From: a bacterium
Lineage (GTDB): Bacteria > SZUA-182 > DTGQ01
Assembly: GCA_040752695.1 (NCBI GenBank)
Contig: JBFMGO010000014.1
Span: 1-64,000 of the forward strand
Direction: 5' to 3'
Length of the DNA: 64,000 nt
Made by a program: the position numbers and the translations under genes. The notes beneath the pieces are model-generated. The model made no database searches. It saw only the letters and a list, made by a program, of their open reading frames with translations, and was not told where the DNA came from. This document shows positions 18,294 through 26,940 of the stretch, piece by piece. Each line of letters starts with the position of its first letter. Within the stretch, counting starts at the first letter, position 1.

Positions 18294-21278
18294 ATGGATC
18301 TGAGTCGAAGAGGTTTTCTTAAAGCATCAGGTGCAGCCGCGGCGTCTGCAGCCATAGGCTCTCTGGGATTCGACCTTTCAGGTGTGTCGGCGTATACTCA
18401 TCCTCTCAAGATCAGCTATGCCAAGGAAACTACCACTATCTGCCCCTTCTGTTCATGCGGGTGCAGCATTATTGTGCATACTGTGGACGGCAAGGTCATC
18501 AACACCGAGGGGGACCCCGACTCGCCCATCAATGAGGGGGCGCTGTGCGCCAAGGGATCGGCCCTCTATCAGGAGGCACACAGCGAGTATCGGCTGCGCA
18601 AAGTCCGCTACCGTGCTCCTGGAAGCAGCACCTGGGAGGAAAAGGACTGGGACTGGGCGCTGGACAGAATCAGCCGGAATGTCAAAAATACCAGGGACAA
18701 TACCTTTGTCACAAAGACCAGCGATGGCCTGATCGTCAACCGGACCGAAGGGATTGCCAATCTTGGGGGAGCAGCGATCAATAACGAAGAATGCTATATT
18801 CTGGCCAAGCTTGCCAGAAGCTTAGGATTCGTTAATCTCGATCATCAGGCCAGGGTCTGACACTCCTCTACAGTAGCGGCTCTGGCAGAGTCGTTCGGTA
18901 GAGGTGCAATGACCAATCACTGGATCGATCTGAAAAACAGTGACTGTATTATCGTCATGGGCAGCAATGCAGCGGAAAATCATCCCATGTCGTTCCGATG
19001 GGCTCTTCGGGCCAGGGATGAGCGGTCGGCCAGGATCATCAGCGTGGACCCGCGCTTCACCCGTACCTCGTCTCTGGCCGATATCTATGCGCCGCTGCGC
19101 TCCGGCACGGATATTGCCTTTATTGGCGGGATGATTAACTATTGCCTCCAGAATCAGCTCTACAATCAGGAATATGTAGTGGAATATACTAATGCCGGCC
19201 ATCTCATATCCGAAGACTTCTCCTTCTCCGAGGGGCTTTTCTCCGGCTATGATCAAACCGCCAGAAAGTATGATAACGCCAGTTGGGCCTACCAGCTCGA
19301 TGAGAATGGGGTTCCCCTTGAGGACAAGACCCTTCAGAATCCGCATTGCGTATTTCAACTGCTCAAAAACCACTTCAGCCGCTATGATGTTGACACGGTG
19401 TGCAAGATTACCGGAACTCCCAGGGAGAAATTCCTGGAAGTGGCCAGGACCTTCTGTGCAACCGGAGATCCCCGCAAAGCCGGAACCATCATGTATGCCA
19501 TGGGCTGGACCCAGCACACTACCGGCACGCAGATCATCCGGGCTTTTGCCATCCTGCAACTTCTTTTGGGCAATATTGGCATTGCCGGTGGCGGAGTCAA
19601 TGCCCTGCGGGGTGAGCCGAATGTGCAGGGATCAACCGATTATGCGCTTCTCTTCCACCTTTTACCCGGCTATCTGAAGGTTCCGGTTGATAAGGACACC
19701 TCCCTTCAGGCATATCTTGACAGGTGCACACCGGTGTCAAAAGATCCCAAAAGCGTCAACTACTGGAAAAACTATCCCAAGTTCATGATCAGCCTGCTCA
19801 AGGCCTGGTATGGGGAGAATGCCACAGCGGAAAATGAGTTCTGTTTTCATCTACTGCCAAAGGCCTCAGGCAATTACTCGCATATGTCCATCTTCCAGAG
19901 CATGTATCAGGGGAAGATCAAGGGACTTTTCTGCTGGGGTCAGAACCCGGCTGTGAGCGGTCCCAATGCACTGATGGAGCAAAAAGCCCTTGAGAAGTTA
20001 GACTGGCTGGTCTGCACGGACATCTTCGAGACGGAAACTTCCATCTTCTGGAAACGCCCGGGTGCAAACCCTGGCGATATCAAAACCGAGGTCTTTCTTC
20101 TTCCGGCTGCATCCTCATCCGAGAAAGAGGGAAGCATCAGCAACAGCGGCCGCTGGGCCCAGTGGCGGTACACATGTGAGCAGCCCCAGGGAGAAGCAAG
20201 ATCAGACCTTTGGATCATGAATTCCCTCATGCTGCGGCTGAAAAGGCTCTATGCTCAGGACCCTGGTCCGTTCCCTGACCCGATCACCAGGCTTAGCTGG
20301 AATCTCGGCTCAGCCGACAAGCCAAGCGCTGCTGTCGTGGCCAGAGAGATCAACGGGTACGATCTTTCTTCAGGCAGGCTGCTCGATAATTTTACTCAAT
20401 GCCAGGACAATGGAACAACATCTTGCGGTAACTGGCTCTATTCGGGCAGTTACACGGAAGCGGGTAACCTGATGGCTCGACGGGGAAAGGATGATCCCAC
20501 CGGTATGGGCCTTTATCCCAACTGGTCCTGGTGCTGGCCACTCAACCGCAGAATTATCTATAACCGTGCCTCCTGCGATACTCAAGGCAGGCCCTGGGAT
20601 CCTGACCGTGCGGTCATCTGGTGGAATGAGGCCATGCAGCAGTGGGAGGGAGATGTGCCGGATTATGGCAAGAAAGTTCCGCCAAAGAATAATGCCGGGG
20701 CCTTTATCATGAAGACCGAGGGGCATGCCCGGCTCTTTGGCATGGACCTGGCGGATGGACCGTTCCCGGAGCACTATGAGCCGTATGAAAGCCCTGTGGA
20801 TAATATTCTCTCATCCCAGCAGATAAACCCTTGTGTCTTCCTTGGCTATAATACGGACCTTGACAAGAAGGGCAATCAGCGTGAGTTTCCGATTGTGGCT
20901 ACCACCTACCGGATCACCGAGCATTGGCAGAGCGGGATCGAAACCCGCTGGCAGCCGTGGCTCTGTGAGCTGATGCCGGAGATGTTCGTCGAATTGTCCA
21001 GGGAACTGGCCAAAGAGAAAGGGATCAGTAATGGGGATCTTTGCACCGTCGCATCGGCCAGAGGCTCGATCAGGGCCGTAGCTGTCGTTACCGCCCGGTT
21101 CAGACCCTTTCTGGTCGATAACCGCGTGGTCCACCAGATCGGGCTCCCCTGGTGCTATGGCTATGCAGGACTGGCTACCGGAGATCCGGCCAATATCCTG
21201 ACGCCGAATATTGGAGATCCAAACACCAGGATACCCGAATACAAGGCATTCCTGTGTGCTATCAGGAAGGGGGTGTGA
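18294..21278 (+). CDS. fdnG: Formate dehydrogenase-N alpha subunit, selenocysteine-containing
   Basis: Tat signal SRRGFLK; CPFCSCGC; in-frame TGA 18858-18860 in HQARV-U-HSSTVAALAESFGRGAMTN joins the two ORF-track pieces. Confidence 0.95.
18861..18906 (+). promoter_or_regulatory. Bacterial SECIS element
   Basis: Hairpin just after the UGA: lower stem cctctac/gtagagg, upper stem gcggctct/agagtcgt, G-containing loop. Confidence 0.8.
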
Positions 21279-21284
21279 TGAGCC

Positions 21285-22088
21285 ATGAGTATGAAACGAA
21301 TTGGTCTTTTGATGGATACTTCGCGGTGCCTGGCCTGCCGGGCCTGCCAGGTGGCCTGCAAGCAATGGAACAAACTTCCTGCTGAGCCGAAAGAATCCTG
21401 GAAAACCAGAGGCAGCTATGAAAATCCTGCCGACCTTTCTCCGGTCACCTGGACGCGAGTGAGGTTCACTGAATATGAGCAGCATGGCGGCGGGGTCGAG
21501 TGGCTTTTTCGCAAATTGCAGTGCATGCAGTGCCAGGACGCCACCTGCCTGAAAGTATGCCCTGAGAAAAAGGCTCTTTATCGGAACCAGGATGGATTGG
21601 TTGTTCTTGACAGCGCCTATTGCACGGGATGCGGATACTGCACCCAGAACTGTCCCTTTGAAATTCCCCGCTTCGATGCCAAAGAAAGAAGAACCTTCAA
21701 GTGCAATATGTGTTATGACCGCATCGCCAATGGCCTGATCCCGGCCTGTGCCAAAGCCTGTCCTGCACAGGCGATCCAGTTCGGCCCGCGAAATGAACTG
21801 ATTGAAAAGGCCCATCAGCGCATTCAGGCTCTGAAAGGAAAGGGATTCCCGGAGGCTTCACTTTACGGAGAGAATGAGTGCGGCGGCCTTGGGGTAATAT
21901 ATATTCTGAAATATGGCCGGAGCAAGTATGAGGGGCTGCCTGCTGATCCCAAAGTGCCCCTGTCGGTCAAACTGTGGAAAGACTGGCTCAAACCCGTGGG
22001 ACTGGCCTCATTTTTAGGCGGACTTGGCTTTGTGGTCTTCCATTACGTCCTGCACGGGCCAAAGATTATTGAAAAGGGAGGTGATTGA
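21285..22088 (+). CDS. fdnH: Formate dehydrogenase iron-sulfur subunit
   Basis: Four ferredoxin-type Cys clusters and a C-terminal TM anchor. Confidence 0.9.
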   Translation: MSMKRIGLLMDTSRCLACRACQVACKQWNKLPAEPKESWKTRGSYENPADLSPVTWTRVRFTEYEQHGGGVEWLFRKLQCMQCQDATCLKVCPEKKALYRNQDGLVVLDSAYCTGCGYCTQNCPFEIPRFDAKERRTFKCNMCYDRIANGLIPACAKACPAQAIQFGPRNELIEKAHQRIQALKGKGFPEASLYGENECGGLGVIYILKYGRSKYEGLPADPKVPLSVKLWKDWLKPVGLASFLGGLGFVVFHYVLHGPKIIEKGGD

Positions 22089-22090
22089 TC

Positions 22091-22735
22091 ATGGCTGATT
22101 ATTCTTCTGAGCTGAACCTGGTTAAGGTTTCCAACTGGTTTGAACGCCTGTCCCATACGGTTTTGGCCATCAGTTGGCTGCTCCTGGTCTTTACGGGCCT
22201 GGCTTTCTATTCCAAAAAGTTTGCCCTGTTCGGAGAATTTTTCGGCGGCCTTCGAGCCACTGTGCCGGTGCATAATTATGCCGGCCTTGTTTTTCTGTTC
22301 TCGGTAGTGATGATATTCTTTGCCATGTTTAAGGAATCGGCCAAAATTGACAGCGATGATATCAAATGGGTACTGTGTGCAGGCGGCTATCTGTGGCCAG
22401 CCAAAGCGCCCGAATCAGGGCGGTTCAATACGGGACAAAAAGGGATGTACTTTTTCACGGTCATTATGGGTATCATTATGGGCGTGACTGGCTGGACCAT
22501 GTGGCATGCCCCGACCACCTCTTATAATAAGGCGTGGGTATCTATCTGCTATCCGGTCCACTCTCTTGGCGGGATTCTCTTTTTTTCTGCCTGGATAGTT
22601 CATGCCTATTTCGGATCGATCTGCAACCCGGGCAGCATCGAGGCCATAACTCATGGATGGGTATCCAAGGCATGGCTGCGGCTTCAGCATGGGAAGTGGT
22701 TCAAAGAGCATGTCCCGGTGAATAAAAAGATGTAA
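22091..22735 (+). CDS. fdnI: Formate dehydrogenase cytochrome b (gamma) subunit
   Basis: ERLSH, GRFNTGQK, four TM helices with His ligands and W..LQHGKW. Confidence 0.9.
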   Translation: MADYSSELNLVKVSNWFERLSHTVLAISWLLLVFTGLAFYSKKFALFGEFFGGLRATVPVHNYAGLVFLFSVVMIFFAMFKESAKIDSDDIKWVLCAGGYLWPAKAPESGRFNTGQKGMYFFTVIMGIIMGVTGWTMWHAPTTSYNKAWVSICYPVHSLGGILFFSAWIVHAYFGSICNPGSIEAITHGWVSKAWLRLQHGKWFKEHVPVNKKM

Positions 22736-22758
22736 GAGCCTGTGATAAGCCTACCCCC

Positions 22759-22804
22759 AAATCCCTCCTCCCCCCTTTTCTAAAAGGGGGGAGGAGGGAT
22801 TTTT
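22759..22804. terminator. Long palindrome (REP-like or terminator) after fdnI
   Basis: aaatccctcctcccccctttt / aaaaggggggaggagggattt, about 21-bp perfect stem. Confidence 0.7.
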
Positions 22805-22894
22805 AACATAGAGTCCAATTAAGCTTTGCACACTATGTGGATACTTTTCAGGTTTTGGCTGAATTTTCCATGGGGATCGGGGATTCGTGAACGA

Positions 22895-22924
22895 TTGACA
22901 GTTCCATGAATGATGGAGTATACT
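22895..22924 (+). promoter_or_regulatory. sigma70 promoter for the Lrp/trp-like cluster
   Basis: TTGACA-N18-TATACT. Confidence 0.6.
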
Positions 22925-23041
22925 GGGTTTCTAATAGAAAAAGGTATTCCCATCATTATGTTTATTTCACAATATTTATTATCACATACCAGCTTTTATC
23001 GACTTTAGCACCTTTTCCTTGACAATAGAAGGAGCGCTATC

Positions 23042-23317
23042 ATGATTACATCGGTTGTAATGATTACGTGTGAGGTGGGTAAGGTTCACCAGATCGCAGA
23101 GGATCTGGTGAACCTGGATGGAATTGCCGAGGTGTACTCTATATCCGGTGAGTACGATATCATGGCCATTATCCGGGTGAAGGAGTACGATTCTCTGGCC
23201 AAGCTGGTATCACAGGATATCGCCGGTCTTGATGGCATCACCATGACCAACACCCACATGGCCTTTCGCTGCTACTCGAAGCATGATATGGAGAGAATGT
23301 GGTCGGATTTTCTCTAG
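23042..23317 (+). CDS. Stand-alone Lrp/AsnC ligand-binding (RAM) domain protein
   Basis: EVYSISGEYDIMAIIR and GITMTNT; no HTH. Confidence 0.85.
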   Translation: MITSVVMITCEVGKVHQIAEDLVNLDGIAEVYSISGEYDIMAIIRVKEYDSLAKLVSQDIAGLDGITMTNTHMAFRCYSKHDMERMWSDFL

Positions 23318-24195
23318 GATTTGATGGCGGTATTGATGATGGCGCATTTCCCGGTGATAATAGATGCTCGCCTGATAATGGCTCGATACCCAGGGATAGC
23401 GGCCGCTCAGTTGATGATGGCTCATCTCCCAACCATGGTAGCCACTCGCTCTCAGGCGCGATCCTGAAGGCGCAGGAGCGGGGCGAGGCAGCGGTGATTG
23501 TCGATATCAAGCCGGTTTCTCCCCGGGACGGCGACCTGATAGGAAACCGTGATCCGGCGGAGCTGGCCAGGTCACTGGAGAGAGCCGGTGCATGCGCCTT
23601 ATCGGTGGTGACAGAACCCCGGCATTTTGGCGGCAGCATCAGGACGCTGGCCGAGGTTGTCCGGGCGGTTTCTTTGCCTGTTCTCAGAAAGGATTTCATC
23701 TCCGGTCTCGATCAGATCGATGAGTCTCGAAAAGCAGGCGCATCCAGTGTGCTGCTCATTCTGGCCACTATTCCCGCAAGCTTAGTGTCTCCTTTGTATC
23801 AGCGCTGCCGCGAACTGGGTCTGGAGGCGGTAGTCGAGATACACAACCGGACGGAGTTCGATCGGGCGATGGCCTTGTCTCCCGCCCCCGCCATTATCGG
23901 CATCAATAACCGGGATATCCTGAACCTTGAGAAAGATGGCGGCAGCGTGCTCCTGACCGAGGAACTGGCCCCATTAGTCCCCGACTCGGTGGTAGTAATT
24001 TCGGAAAGTTCCCTGACTACACCTGACGATATAGCTCGCGCCATCAGAGCGGGCGCGGACGCCGTGCTGATAGGCACTGCCATTTTGAAATCGGACGATC
24101 CAACTGCACGCCTTGCGGTACTCAGTCAGGCTGCGAGGATGGCCTGCAGGGAGAATAATCCATTGACCAGATTGCCCGGTGTCGGAAGACCATGA
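23299..24195 (+). CDS. Divergent indole-3-glycerol-phosphate synthase-like protein (TrpC paralogue)
   Basis: DIKPVSP, LSVVTEPRHFGGS, LRKDF, VEIH, GINNRD, SES and DAVLIG; start uncertain because the N-terminus is a repeat. Confidence 0.8.
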   Translation: MVGFSLGFDGGIDDGAFPGDNRCSPDNGSIPRDSGRSVDDGSSPNHGSHSLSGAILKAQERGEAAVIVDIKPVSPRDGDLIGNRDPAELARSLERAGACALSVVTEPRHFGGSIRTLAEVVRAVSLPVLRKDFISGLDQIDESRKAGASSVLLILATIPASLVSPLYQRCRELGLEAVVEIHNRTEFDRAMALSPAPAIIGINNRDILNLEKDGGSVLLTEELAPLVPDSVVVISESSLTTPDDIARAIRAGADAVLIGTAILKSDDPTARLAVLSQAARMACRENNPLTRLPGVGRP

Positions 24196-24884
24196 CCAGA
24201 GTCAAGATATGCGGTCTCATGAGCCGCACCGATATCGATATGGCTGTTGCTGCCGGAGCTGATTCCTTAGGATTCGTGACCGAATATCCGATTTCTGTAC
24301 CGTGGAACATCACCCGCCAAAAGTCTGCCGAACTGGTGGCGCAGAGCCCGCCCTTTGTGACCACTACTGCGGTCGTGGGTGGTGAAGTGGCGCAGATGGT
24401 GGGCATAGCCCAGGCGGTCAGGCCGCATTTTTTGCAGCTTCATGGCGATGAAACCCTGGAGGAGATCCAGGCTGTCTGTGATGCGCTTACTGGTACCGGC
24501 ATCAAGGTGTTGAAGGCGCTTCGGATCGACGTGCAGACGGGAAAAGCGCAGTTTTCCATTCAGGACCCGGTTGAAGCCTGCCGCGTTCTGGCCCGGTCCG
24601 GCCTGGCCGGACTGGTTATCGATTCCAAGACCGCAAGCCGCCCCGCTGGCACGGGTGTTGCACTGGACTGGCGTATGGTCAAAACGGTGTCAGACAGTAT
24701 CCTCCTGCCCCTCATCCTGGCCGGCGGGCTGACTGCACGCAATGTCGGTCAGGCCATTGCTCTGGTGCGGCCCTATGCCGTGGACGTAATCAGCAGCGTG
24801 GAAAGGGAGCCAGGCGTGAAAGACGAACAACTGATCAATGAGTTTGTCAAGGCTGCAAAAGCAGCCTTGCTCCCTGCAAATTGA
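24192..24884 (+). CDS. Phosphoribosylanthranilate isomerase-like protein (TrpF paralogue)
   Basis: VKICG, QLHGDE, IDS...GTG..LDW, LAGGL and DV.SSVE..PGVKD. Confidence 0.85.
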   Translation: MTRVKICGLMSRTDIDMAVAAGADSLGFVTEYPISVPWNITRQKSAELVAQSPPFVTTTAVVGGEVAQMVGIAQAVRPHFLQLHGDETLEEIQAVCDALTGTGIKVLKALRIDVQTGKAQFSIQDPVEACRVLARSGLAGLVIDSKTASRPAGTGVALDWRMVKTVSDSILLPLILAGGLTARNVGQAIALVRPYAVDVISSVEREPGVKDEQLINEFVKAAKAALLPAN

Positions 24885-24937
24885 TAAGCTGTTAAGCTGA
24901 GCGGGCTTTCTATCACTATAAACTTTAGGATAGTTCC

Positions 24938-25666
24938 ATGAAAAGACCGTATACATTTATGCTGGTGGCTGTCAGCCTGGACGGTAAAATATCTCCCAGG
25001 CGGCGTCCGGGACAGCCCAACCCGATTGGCCCATCCCTCATCGATGCGGATATCATGAAACTGCATAATTCCCAGCGCGCGAATGCAGATGGCATTATGG
25101 TGGGCCTCAACTGCATCCTTTTGGACGATTCGCGCCTGACCCTGCGTGAGGGCCGTCCGGGGCACCAGCTTACGCGCATCGTGCTGGATGGATTGGCCGA
25201 AGTCCCTCCGACGGCAAAAGTGCTGAATAGGGATGCACCCACGATTATGGCTGTAACAGAGGATGCACCCATCGAGCGGGTCCGGGCCTTCCAAGATGCC
25301 GGAGCTCAGATTGTGACTGCCGGACACGGCAAATATGTGGATCTTGTACTGCTCATGAATGCCTTATACGAGCAATTCGGAATCAGGCGGCTTTTAGTTG
25401 AGGGTGGCGGAACGGTGCACCAGTCGATGATCAGCGCCGGCCTTTACGATGAGATTCATCTGATCATCTGCCCCTTTGTCATTGGCGGCTCCGCATCCAT
25501 CACACCTGTGGAAAGAAGCTCTTTTTGGCCAAAGGAAAAGGTACCGACCTTTCAACTGGTGAAGGTCGATGTCCTCGGTGATTATCTCTCTGTAATCTAC
25601 AAACCAGGTCCGGATACTTCCTGTACGTTATCGGCCACTGCTGAATGTGAGTTACCGGCTACCTAA
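24938..25666 (+). CDS. RibD C-terminal/DHFR-fold reductase
   Basis: SLDGKI, R..ADGIMVG, DDSRLT, LLVEGGG and DEI.L.ICP.VIGG; no deaminase domain. Confidence 0.85.
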   Translation: MKRPYTFMLVAVSLDGKISPRRRPGQPNPIGPSLIDADIMKLHNSQRANADGIMVGLNCILLDDSRLTLREGRPGHQLTRIVLDGLAEVPPTAKVLNRDAPTIMAVTEDAPIERVRAFQDAGAQIVTAGHGKYVDLVLLMNALYEQFGIRRLLVEGGGTVHQSMISAGLYDEIHLIICPFVIGGSASITPVERSSFWPKEKVPTFQLVKVDVLGDYLSVIYKPGPDTSCTLSATAECELPAT

Positions 25667-25747
25667 ATGAATACCTTTGACTGAAGGATTTCAATTGAAG
25701 GACCGAATGACTTCAAATGAAGGATTAGAATGAAGGAGTAAACGGGT

Positions 25748-26863
25748 ATGGAGACAAAAGAGGATCGTTGGAGAAAGTTTGGTGCCATTGTTGTCCGTCT
25801 AACGCGTGGTGAAAATATTACCAGGGAGGAAGCGCGGGAGTGCTGGAGGCAAATCTGCGAGGAGGAGCAGAGCGATCTGCAGCAGGGCGGTTTTATCGGT
25901 GCGCTCAAGTCCAAGCCTGAGACACCCGAAGAGGTGGCCGGAACCTTTGAGGCCCTCTACGAGCACGATACTCTGAAGGTGCAGGTAAATACGCCTGAGC
26001 CCCTGATCGATAACTGCGGCACAGGCGCTGATACCCTGAAAACAATGAACATCAGTACGGGAGCTGCCATTGTTTCATCCTCCCTTGGCCTGTATGTGGT
26101 CCGGCACGCTGCACGGGCGATTTCATCCAACTGTGGGGCCATCGATGTCATAGAGGCACTTGGCGTGAACGTGGAATCAACTCCCGATATCCCGAAAAAG
26201 AGCATCGAAAACGCAGGCATCTGCGCCTGGAATGCCTTTTTACCCACGGTGCACCCAAAGACCCTGGCCAGGGTTTTGTCACAGATCCGGTTTGGTTCTG
26301 CCATTAACCTGGTGGGGCCGCTCCTGAATCCCACCATGCCGACCTTTAAAGTTATGGGTGTACCGACCCTGGAAATGATCGAGATCGAGATCAAGACCCT
26401 GCGGGAGCTGGGTTTCAGGCGGGCATTCGTCATGCACGGGCTGGACGATGAGTCCGGAAAAGGCATGGACGAGTTATCTACTCTTGGAACCACTCACGTG
26501 GCCGAGTTGTCCGAGGATGGATCGATCGAGAATTACACCCTGACTCCCGAAGATTTCGATCTGAAGAGGGCGAGGTTTGAGGACGTGGCTTCAAGCCGTG
26601 ACGTACAAAAAGACGCTCTGGCTCTGCTCCGGGTGCTGGCAGGCAAAGACACGGGACCCCGGCTTGATATCGTCTGTCTGAATGCAGCTCCGCTGCTTTA
26701 CATCACAGACAAGGCCAAGGATCTGAAAACGGGCCTCACGATGGCCAGGGAAGCGGTGGCAGATGGTCGCGCCCTGAACAAACTGCGCGATTGGGTCACC
26801 TGGCAGAACGAAAAGCCGGAGGATGGCCTTCCGAAACTGGAAGAGATGATCAGCAGGCTTTGA
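25748..26863 (+). CDS. Divergent anthranilate phosphoribosyltransferase-like protein (TrpD paralogue)
   Basis: DNCGTGAD, NIST, GPLLNP, GMDELS, PEDF and LNAA; canonical KHGNR replaced by RHAAR. Confidence 0.85.
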   Translation: METKEDRWRKFGAIVVRLTRGENITREEARECWRQICEEEQSDLQQGGFIGALKSKPETPEEVAGTFEALYEHDTLKVQVNTPEPLIDNCGTGADTLKTMNISTGAAIVSSSLGLYVVRHAARAISSNCGAIDVIEALGVNVESTPDIPKKSIENAGICAWNAFLPTVHPKTLARVLSQIRFGSAINLVGPLLNPTMPTFKVMGVPTLEMIEIEIKTLRELGFRRAFVMHGLDDESGKGMDELSTLGTTHVAELSEDGSIENYTLTPEDFDLKRARFEDVASSRDVQKDALALLRVLAGKDTGPRLDIVCLNAAPLLYITDKAKDLKTGLTMAREAVADGRALNKLRDWVTWQNEKPEDGLPKLEEMISRL

Positions 26864-26940
26864 TCCGGAGGACAAACGGATCATTGATGCCAAACGGGTA
26901 ATATCGAAGGTAAGCAGGTAACGAGGGTAAGCAGGTAACC

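Noticed and set aside
18294..18908. fdnG as a split gene or pseudogene
   Set aside because: The stop is an in-frame UGA at the Sec position followed by a SECIS hairpin.
20811..21815. Long antisense ORFs (also 18822-19559, 36446-37417, 47734-48573 and 62712-63458)
   Set aside because: They are shadow frames opposite well-supported genes.
23299..26863. Ordinary tryptophan operon
   Set aside because: trpE/G/A/B are absent, substrate motifs are altered and unrelated enzymes are interleaved, so trp gene symbols were withheld.
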